From the IMG/VR virus record IMGVR_UViG_2939127364_000001: a stretch of 64,000 nucleotides of DNA. One strand, 5' to 3'. The notes under the pieces are model-generated. The model was not told the DNA's origin, did not search any database, and saw only the letters and a program-made list of their open reading frames with translations. Source of the stretch: a virus. Lineage: Duplodnaviria; Heunggongvirae; Uroviricota; Caudoviricetes. Shown here piece after piece: positions 56,259-64,000 of this stretch. A program made the translations under genes and the position numbers. Position 1 is the stretch's first letter. Each line of letters starts with the position of its first letter.

Positions 56259-57821
56259 ATGAAAATGACAAGTATTCAACAACGTGCAGAGCTTCATCGC
56301 CAGATCTGGCAAATTGCTAACGATGTCAGGGGTTCAGTCGATGGATGGGATTTTAAGCAGTACGTTTTGGGCGCGCTTTTTTACCGTTTTATCAGCGAAA
56401 ATTTTTCCAGTTATATTGAAGCCGGTGATGACAGTATCTGTTATGCGAAACTGGATGACAGCGTAATTACTGATGACATTAAAGACGATGCCATCAAAAC
56501 TAAAGGCTACTTCATCTACCCCAGTCAGCTTTTCTGCAACGTAGCTGCGAAAGCAAATACTAATGACAGACTGAATGCAGATTTAAACAGCATCTTCGTT
56601 GCTATCGAAAGTTCTGCTTACGGTTATCCTTCAGAAGCTGACATCAAAGGTTTGTTTGCTGATTTCGATACCACCAGTAACCGCCTGGGTAACACCGTTA
56701 AAGATAAAAATGCCCGCTTGGCTGCGGTTCTGAAAGGGGTTGAAGGGCTAAAACTTGGTGACTTCCATGAACATCAGATTGACCTGTTCGGTGACGCCTA
56801 TGAGTTCCTGATTTCTAACTATGCGGCGAATGCCGGTAAGTCCGGCGGCGAGTTCTTTACACCGCAGCACGTCTCTAAGCTGATTGCACAACTGGCTATG
56901 CACGGGCAGACCCACGTTAACAAAATCTACGACCCGGCAGCAGGCTCCGGTTCGCTGTTGTTGCAGGCGAAAAAACAGTTTGATGACCATATCATCGAAG
57001 AAGGTTTTTTTGGTCAGGAAATCAACCATACGACCTATAACCTGGCGCGTATGAACATGTTTTTGCACAACATCAACTACGACAAGTTTGATATCAAGCT
57101 GGGTAATACACTGACTGAGCCGCACTTCAGAGATGAAAAACCGTTTGATGCCATCGTTTCTAACCCGCCGTATTCGGTGAAATGGATTGGCAGCGATGAC
57201 CCGACGCTGATTAACGATGAACGTTTTGCCCCGGCTGGCGTTCTGGCCCCCAAATCCAAAGCTGACTTTGCGTTTGTATTACATGCGCTGAACTATCTTT
57301 CGGCCAAAGGTCGCGCTGCGATTGTCTGCTTCCCAGGCATTTTTTACCGTGGCGGCGCGGAGCAGAAAATCCGTCAGTATCTGGTCGACAATAACTATGT
57401 CGAAACCGTGATTTCACTGGCACCGAATCTGTTCTTTGGCACCACTATTGCCGTCAATATTCTGGTGCTGTCTAAACATAAAACGGATACCAAAGTTCAG
57501 TTTATTGATGCCAGCGAACTGTTCAAAAAAGAGACTAACAACAACATTCTGACCGATGCTCATATCGAACAGATTATGCAGGTATTTGCCAGCAAGAAAG
57601 ATGTTGCTCATCTGGCGAAATCTGTTGCGTTTGAGACTGTTGTCGCGAATGACTATAACCTGTCGGTGAGCAGCTATGTGGAAGCGAAAGATACTCGCGA
57701 AATTATCGATATCGCTGAGCTGAATGCTGAGCTGAAAACCACGGTCAGCAAAATCGACCAGTTGCGTAAAGATATTGATGCGATTGTTGCTGAGATTGAA
57801 GGTAGCGAGGTACAGGCATGA
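56259..57821 (+). CDS. hsdM: Type I restriction-modification system methyltransferase subunit
   Basis: 520 aa; N6-adenine MTase motif [12 protein letters not shown]; SAM-binding region; N-terminus [17 protein letters not shown]. Confidence 0.9.
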   Translation: MKMTSIQQRAELHRQIWQIANDVRGSVDGWDFKQYVLGALFYRFISENFSSYIEAGDDSICYAKLDDSVITDDIKDDAIKTKGYFIYPSQLFCNVAAKANTNDRLNADLNSIFVAIESSAYGYPSEADIKGLFADFDTTSNRLGNTVKDKNARLAAVLKGVEGLKLGDFHEHQIDLFGDAYEFLISNYAANAGKSGGEFFTPQHVSKLIAQLAMHGQTHVNKIYDPAAGSGSLLLQAKKQFDDHIIEEGFFGQEINHTTYNLARMNMFLHNINYDKFDIKLGNTLTEPHFRDEKPFDAIVSNPPYSVKWIGSDDPTLINDERFAPAGVLAPKSKADFAFVLHALNYLSAKGRAAIVCFPGIFYRGGAEQKIRQYLVDNNYVETVISLAPNLFFGTTIAVNILVLSKHKTDTKVQFIDASELFKKETNNNILTDAHIEQIMQVFASKKDVAHLAKSVAFETVVANDYNLSVSSYVEAKDTREIIDIAELNAELKTTVSKIDQLRKDIDAIVAEIEGSEVQA

Positions 57822-59137
57822 GCGAGCTGAGTTATCTGGAAAAACTGCTGGATGGGGCTGAGGTTGAGTGGGTAGCATTAAATAAATTAGCAACTTTTTT
57901 AAAAGGGAAGTCTTTACCTAAAGAAAAAATAACTCCAGATGGCAATAGATATTGTATTCATTACGGTGAGCTTTTCACTCATTATGGTCCCATAATTGAC
58001 AAAGTATGCTCAAAAACAAACCAAGCAATCAATGAGTCAATTCTATCTGAAAAAAATGATGTTCTAATGCCAACGTCAGACGTTACACCAAGAGGTTTGG
58101 CTACAGCTAGTTGCATTCAAGAAAGTGGCGTTATTTTAGGCGGCGATATTTTGATTATTAGATGCTCTGGTGTTGATGGTAGATATCTAAGTAATTTCAT
58201 AATAAATAACAAAAAAAAGATATTGCAAATGGTTAAAGGTTCTACTGTTTATCATTTGTATGCTAAAGATATAGGTAAATTACTTATCCCCATCCCTTGC
58301 CCCAACAACCCGGAAAAGTCGCTGGCTATCCAGTCTGAAATCGTCAGGATTCTGGATAAATTTACTGCACTTACCGCTGAGCTTACCGCTGAGCTTAGCA
58401 TGCGTAAAAAACAATACAACTACTATCGCGACCAGTTGTTGAGTTTTGATGATGAGCAGGAAAAACCTATTTATCTGGAAAAATTGCTGGATGGGGTTGA
58501 GGTTGAGTGGTTGCCATTGGGGAAACTAGGTGAATTAGTTCGTGGAAATGGATTGCCTAAGTCTGATTTTACCGAATCTGGGGTTCCTGCCATACACTAT
58601 GGTCAGATATATACTTTTTACGGATTATCTACTGAAACAACAAAGTCATTTGTTTCCCATGAAACGGCGAAGAAGCTTAAAAAGGTTAACTCTGGTGATG
58701 TTGTTATTACTAACACAAGCGAAAATTTTACTGATGTTGGTAAGGCGCTTGTTTATCTAGGTAAAGAGCAAGCTGTTACTGGTGGCCATGCAACTATTTT
58801 TAAGCCAAATAGCACTATTATTGGGAAATACTTTGCCTATTTCACGCAAACGGATTCTTTTGCAAATGGGAAAAGGAAATACTCCAAGGGAACTAAAGTA
58901 ATTGATGTGTCTGCATCGGATATGGCGAAAATTATTATCCCTATCCCCTGTCCGGAAAATCCGGAAAAATCCCTTGCCATTCAGTCTGAAATCGTTCGGA
59001 TTCTGGATAAATTCGACACCCTGACTAACTCCATCACCGAAGGTCTCCCGCGTGAAATCGAGTTGCGCCAGAAACAATACGAATACTACCGTGATTTACT
59101 GTTCAGTTTCCCAAAACCTGAAACTGTCAGTAATTAA
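57818..59137 (+). CDS. hsdS: Type I restriction-modification specificity subunit (type IC-like architecture)
   Basis: 439 aa; two AT-rich target-recognition regions separated by GC-richer conserved repeats ([23 protein letters not shown]... and [23 protein letters not shown]...); central TAELTAEL. Confidence 0.9.
   Translation: MSELSYLEKLLDGAEVEWVALNKLATFLKGKSLPKEKITPDGNRYCIHYGELFTHYGPIIDKVCSKTNQAINESILSEKNDVLMPTSDVTPRGLATASCIQESGVILGGDILIIRCSGVDGRYLSNFIINNKKKILQMVKGSTVYHLYAKDIGKLLIPIPCPNNPEKSLAIQSEIVRILDKFTALTAELTAELSMRKKQYNYYRDQLLSFDDEQEKPIYLEKLLDGVEVEWLPLGKLGELVRGNGLPKSDFTESGVPAIHYGQIYTFYGLSTETTKSFVSHETAKKLKKVNSGDVVITNTSENFTDVGKALVYLGKEQAVTGGHATIFKPNSTIIGKYFAYFTQTDSFANGKRKYSKGTKVIDVSASDMAKIIIPIPCPENPEKSLAIQSEIVRILDKFDTLTNSITEGLPREIELRQKQYEYYRDLLFSFPKPETVSN
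58370..58396 (+). repeat. Tandem 12-bp repeat (cttaccgctgag x2) in hsdS central conserved region
   Basis: Encodes TAEL-TAEL; copy number of this repeat distinguishes EcoR124I from EcoR124II specificity. Confidence 0.7.
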
Positions 59138-59258
59138 TTGACCATTGCTACCGACCGGGCCACCTTAACACCCGGTCAGTATATAGACTATTTTTTTACG
59201 CGCCGGAAGCCCCCTTAACTCCCTTCCGGCCCTTGCCAGACGGCACAAAGGATGCGCT

Positions 59259-62200
59259 ATGACTCATCAAACACATACCATTGCTGAATCCAATAACTTT
59301 ATCGTTCTTGATAAGTACATCAAAGCTGAGCCAACAGGCGACAGCTACCAGAGCGAATCGGACCTGGAACGTGAACTGATTCAAGACCTGCGGAATCAGG
59401 GCTATGAATTTATTTCGGTAAAATCACAGTCAGCGATGCTGACCAACGTTCGGGAACAGCTTCAGAGCCTCAATGGTGTGGTGTTTAATGACAGCGAGTG
59501 GCGGCGTTTCACGGAGCAGTATCTGGACAACCCGAGCGATGGCATTCTGGATAAGACCCGTAAAATCCATATCGACTATATTTGCGACTTTATTTTTGAT
59601 GACGAGCGACTTGAGAACATCTATTTGATAGATAAAAAGAATCTCATGCGCAATAAGGTGCAGATTATCCAGCAGTTTGAACAGACGGGTTCTCATGCTA
59701 ACCGTTATGACGTCACGATCCTGGTTAATGGCTTACCACTGGTACAAATCGAACTGAAAAAGCGCGGCGTGGCGATTCGTGAGGCTTTCAACCAGATACA
59801 TCGTTACAGTAAAGAGAGTTTTAACAGCGAAAACTCCCTGTTTAAGTATCTGCAACTGTTTGTCATTTCTAACGGCACCGATACCCGTTATTTTGCCAAC
59901 ACAACAAAGCGCGATAAAAACAGTTTTGACTTCACCATGAACTGGGCGAAATCAGACAACACGCTGATTAAAGACCTCAAAGATTTTACCGCTACCTTTT
60001 TCCAGAAACATACTCTGCTTAATGTTCTGGTGAACTACAGCGTTTTTGACAGCAGTCAGACGCTACTGGTGATGCGACCGTACCAGATTGCTGCCACCGA
60101 GCGCATTCTGTGGAAAATTAAGAGCTCCTTTACAGCGAAGAACTGGTCAAAACCGGAAAGCGGAGGGTATATCTGGCACACTACCGGTTCTGGTAAAACC
60201 CTCACCAGCTTTAAAGCCGCGCGTCTGGCAACAGAGCTGGACTTTATTGATAAAGTCTTCTTCGTGGTCGACAGGAAAGACCTCGATTACCAGACCATGA
60301 AGGAATATCAGCGTTTTTCGCCAGACAGCGTCAACGGCTCGGAAAATACCGCAGGCCTTAAACGAAATCTGGATAAGGACGATAACAAAATTATCGTCAC
60401 CACTATTCAGAAACTTAATAACCTGATGAAAGCAGAAAGCGACCTGCCTGTATACAATCAGCAAGTGGTGTTTATATTTGATGAATGTCACCGCAGCCAG
60501 TTTGGAGAAGCGCAGAAAAACCTGAAGAAGAAATTCAAACGCTATTATCAGTTTGGTTTTACCGGCACACCTATTTTCCCGGAAAACGCCTTAGGCTCAG
60601 AAACGACCGCCAGCGTATTTGGTCGTGAATTGCATTCGTATGTAATTACCGATGCGATTCGTGATGAAAAAGTGCTCAAATTCAAGGTGGACTACAACGA
60701 TGTGCGGCCACAGTTTAAATCTTTAGAGACAGAAACCGACGAGAAAAAACTGAGTGCGGCTGAAAATCAGCAGGCATTTCTTCATCCCATGCGTATACAG
60801 GAAATTACGCAATATATTCTGAATAACTTCCGCCAGAAGACCCACCGTACTTTCCCAGGTTCCAAAGGCTTTAATGCCATGCTGGCAGTGAGTAGCGTGG
60901 ATGCCGCGAAAGCCTATTACGCGACGTTTAAACGGTTACAAGAGGAAGCAGCTAATAAATCGGCTACCTATAAACCGCTGCGTGTTGCAACAATCTTCTC
61001 CTTTGCCGCCAATGAAGAACAAAATGCCATTGGTGAAATTTCCGATGAAACTTTTGATACCAGCGCAATGGACAGCAGTGCTAAAGAGTTTCTTGACGCT
61101 GCAATTCGTGAGTATAACAGCTATTTTAAAACTAACTTCAGCACCGACAGTAACGGTTTTCAGAACTACTATCGTGATTTAGCCCAACGGGTTAAAAATC
61201 AGGATATCGATCTGTTAATTGTCGTTGGGATGTTTTTAACCGGCTTCGACGCTCCAACATTGAACACGCTATTCGTCGATAAAAACTTGCGTTTTCACGG
61301 CCTGATGCAGGCATTCTCCCGTACCAACCGCATTTATGACGCTACTAAAACCTTCGGTAACATCGTCACTTTTCGGGATCTGGAACGCTCAACCATTGAT
61401 GCCATAACGCTGTTTGGTGATAAAAATACTAAAAATGTGGTGTTAGAAAAGAGTTATGCTGAGTATATGGAAGGCTTTACAGATGCTGCCACTGGTGAAG
61501 CTAAACGCGGCTTTATGGCAGTAGTTTCAGAACTGGAACAACGGTTCCCTGACCCTGCCAGTATTGAAAGTGAAAAAGAGAAGAAAGACTTCGTAAAACT
61601 GTTTGGTGAATACCTGCGTGCCGAGAACATCCTGCAAAACTATGATGAATTTGCCACGCTGAAAGCCCTGCAACAAATCGATCTTAGCGATCCTGTTGCG
61701 GTAGAAAAATTCAAAGCAGAACATTATGTGGATGATGAAAAGTTCGCTGAATTGCAAACAATTCGTCTCCCTGCTGAACGCAAGATTCAGGATTATCGTT
61801 CTGCCTATAACGATATTCGCGACTGGCAGCGCCGTGAGAAAGAAGCTGAGAAAAAAGAGAAATCAACCACTGACTGGGATGACGTAGTTTTTGAGGTCGA
61901 TTTGCTGAAGTCTCAGGAAATAAACCTGGATTATATCCTTGGACTGATTTTCGAACACAACAGACAAAATAAAGGCAAGGGCGAAATGATCGAAGAGGTC
62001 AAACGCTTAATTCGTTCAAGCCTGGGGAACCGGGCGAAAGAGGGCCTGGTGGTCGATTTTATTCAGCAAACGAACCTGGATGATTTACCAGACAAAGCCA
62101 GTATCATTGAGGCATTCTTTACGTTTGCTCAACGCGAACAGCAACGTGAAGCAGAAGCATTGATAAAAGAAGAAAATCTCAATGAAGAGGCGGCGAAACG

Positions 62201-62375
62201 CTATATTCGCACGTCTTTAAAACGCGAATACGCCACCGAAAATGGCACAGAATTAAACGAGACATTACCAAAACTTAGTCCGTTAAACCCGCAATATAAA
62301 ACGAAAAAACAGACCGTTTTCCAGAAAATCGTCACGTTTATTGAAAAGTTCAAAGGAGTAGGTGGGCAGATATAG
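59259..62375 (+). CDS. hsdR: Type I restriction enzyme endonuclease/translocase subunit
   Basis: 1038 aa; helicase motifs TGSGKT and DECHRSQ; own transcription unit 120 bp after hsdS; M-S-R gene order as in type IC systems. Confidence 0.9.
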   Translation: MTHQTHTIAESNNFIVLDKYIKAEPTGDSYQSESDLERELIQDLRNQGYEFISVKSQSAMLTNVREQLQSLNGVVFNDSEWRRFTEQYLDNPSDGILDKTRKIHIDYICDFIFDDERLENIYLIDKKNLMRNKVQIIQQFEQTGSHANRYDVTILVNGLPLVQIELKKRGVAIREAFNQIHRYSKESFNSENSLFKYLQLFVISNGTDTRYFANTTKRDKNSFDFTMNWAKSDNTLIKDLKDFTATFFQKHTLLNVLVNYSVFDSSQTLLVMRPYQIAATERILWKIKSSFTAKNWSKPESGGYIWHTTGSGKTLTSFKAARLATELDFIDKVFFVVDRKDLDYQTMKEYQRFSPDSVNGSENTAGLKRNLDKDDNKIIVTTIQKLNNLMKAESDLPVYNQQVVFIFDECHRSQFGEAQKNLKKKFKRYYQFGFTGTPIFPENALGSETTASVFGRELHSYVITDAIRDEKVLKFKVDYNDVRPQFKSLETETDEKKLSAAENQQAFLHPMRIQEITQYILNNFRQKTHRTFPGSKGFNAMLAVSSVDAAKAYYATFKRLQEEAANKSATYKPLRVATIFSFAANEEQNAIGEISDETFDTSAMDSSAKEFLDAAIREYNSYFKTNFSTDSNGFQNYYRDLAQRVKNQDIDLLIVVGMFLTGFDAPTLNTLFVDKNLRFHGLMQAFSRTNRIYDATKTFGNIVTFRDLERSTIDAITLFGDKNTKNVVLEKSYAEYMEGFTDAATGEAKRGFMAVVSELEQRFPDPASIESEKEKKDFVKLFGEYLRAENILQNYDEFATLKALQQIDLSDPVAVEKFKAEHYVDDEKFAELQTIRLPAERKIQDYRSAYNDIRDWQRREKEAEKKEKSTTDWDDVVFEVDLLKSQEINLDYILGLIFEHNRQNKGKGEMIEEVKRLIRSSLGNRAKEGLVVDFIQQTNLDDLPDKASIIEAFFTFAQREQQREAEALIKEENLNEEAAKRYIRTSLKREYATENGTELNETLPKLSPLNPQYKTKKQTVFQKIVTFIEKFKGVGGQI

Positions 62376-62433
62376 TGTATTAATCTGAACCAGATCTGGC
62401 AGACATCTGTGCAAATTGCAGATAGCTGTCAGA

Positions 62434-62910
62434 TCAAACCATCGTAGGGATGTTTGTATCCACTTTGAACTCAGGTACACCAACGAACTCTTTAACCTTC
62501 ATCTGGTAGCCGGTTCTGTCAGTTTTGATGACTTCCTGTTTGCCCTCTATAAACTGCTCACGCCACTCGTCGCGACGGGAAGCTGGCATGATCAGCAAAA
62601 CGTTAGTCATATCCGTGACCTTCCTCCAGTACTCGGCCCAAATATTCTGTTTCACCCATTCCAGATCGACTTTATCCAGCCAAGCTCGATTCAAACGTGA
62701 GCGTTCTTCATCTGGTCGATGGTTCAGTTGCAGCAGGCGATTAATCATGTTGTGGCGTTCGTCGCCATAAACGAAGTCGTGAACCTGATACATGAAGGCG
62801 ATCTCTTTCTCGCACTCGGCTACGATTTCGTGGATGACGTTCATTTCCTGACGATAATCGATAGCAGTGTTTGAGTTGGTATCGTCGATGATGGAAAGAG
62901 CTGTATTCAT
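62434..62910 (-). CDS. Hypothetical protein
   Basis: 158-aa ORF convergent with hsdR; no recognised motif. Confidence 0.45.
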   Translation of the reverse strand: MNTALSIIDDTNSNTAIDYRQEMNVIHEIVAECEKEIAFMYQVHDFVYGDERHNMINRLLQLNHRPDEERSRLNRAWLDKVDLEWVKQNIWAEYWRKVTDMTNVLLIMPASRRDEWREQFIEGKQEVIKTDRTGYQMKVKEFVGVPEFKVDTNIPTMV

Positions 62911-63013
62911 AATTGCACCATTAAGAAAAGATTTGTTTAATAGTGCAATTATTTCAAAAATGAAAAGGTGCTAAATAGAAATTAACAGGCAATCCTTTAA
63001 ATAAAGGTATTTG

Positions 63014-63912
63014 CTAATCATACTTTGAGGTATTTATAACCAGGATTTTGTTTGTATAAATCTTCTTAATATCCCATGTGACATTACCGGAATACCATTG
63101 ACCGTTATATACTTGGTTTCCAGTTGCACCGGTCATAGTTACATAGACAGGTCTGTCGTAATCGGTTCGTCTATAGTTATAAACCCCAACCATAGCAGGC
63201 ATTACCGCACACGGATACCCCACATCTATGGTAAATTGAGGGTCCAAAATAGTGATAAGTTTCGCATCAAGGGGCATCATCTCACCGTGATACACCATTG
63301 CGCCTGCGCTGTTATACATGGCAATGCCATAGCCAGAATGTGGTAACACCATATCAGAAAAAGCATAAACTGTTATTGTTCCGGGGCTACCATTTACCTG
63401 ATGCAATCTGAGAGCATTGTATCCGTTACTATGTTCATGAATAAACATCATGTTCGCCTTATTACTGCTTTTTATGAAGAAAAAGCATGATTTGTTTGAT
63501 GGGATTGATGTTTTAAAAACAGAACCTTTAGATGCAGACATTGTCCCTTTATTAATCAGATTTTGCGGAGTAAATTCTGGACTCATCCACAAACTTCCAT
63601 CTGATTGAGTAATTGACATCCCGAACATAATTATCCCCAATATGTGTATATGTAAGAACCAAGCCCCGTATATAAATTTGACCAACTAACCGTATTTCCA
63701 TTAATAGTAACTTTTGGAACAGGTAAATTGATGTAGTTGTCGTTGTTAAGAGGCATCAATGACCACACGGCATGAAGTGATTTACCCGGTGGCGGATTAG
63801 AGTACGTCTTAGAGCCTGATGACGCCGTAAATCGATCAAGAAAAAAAATAGGTGTAAGGAAGCCAGTAACGTTAATTCCTTTATTGTTGTAAATCCCTGT
63901 ACCGTATGCCAT
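63014..63912 (-). pseudogene. Possible frameshifted gene (two overlapping ORFs in different frames), AT-rich
   Basis: ORFs 63631..63912 and 63014..63685 overlap by 55 nt on the same strand; low GC. Confidence 0.3.
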
Positions 63913-64000
63913 TTTTCACCCTTGTTTTTATCAACACAATATGGCCGATCATGCGGCCATATCAGATCAATTAGAGCTTTGAAAGACTTTGTGTGGTTGT

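Overview
Enterobacterial (Escherichia-like) window with three parts. (1) Positions 1 to ~51,770 are a siphovirus-type prophage that continues beyond the window start: replication genes (primase, DnaB-like helicase), a GIY-YIG nuclease, a ParA partition pair, a GNAT-toxin/DUF1778-antitoxin pair, a putative lysis-like cassette, a lambda-like tail module (J, I, K, L, M, tape measure, G/T chaperone, major tail), head module (decoration, capsid, scaffold, portal, terminase), then accessory and early genes. No integrase, tRNA, rRNA or CRISPR array was seen; the right phage end abuts the metG terminator. (2) Core genes metG (-) and apbC/mrp (+). (3) An island beyond apbC: a LexA-box-controlled UmuD'-like S24 peptidase without umuC, and an EcoR124-like type IC restriction-modification locus (hsdM-hsdS-hsdR). 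Main leads: a translationally coupled operon of two ParB-like proteins, a small ABC-type ATPase, an 84-aa protein and a GNAT-domain protein upstream of the terminase; an AT-rich three-gene moron including a lipoprotein; two families of recurring dyad-symmetric intergenic motifs; two iteron-like clusters with ~22-bp spacing; an ~0.85-kb GT-rich non-coding tract; and a 50-bp palindromic element present twice. All functional calls rest on motifs read by eye and recalled family features; no database search was run.
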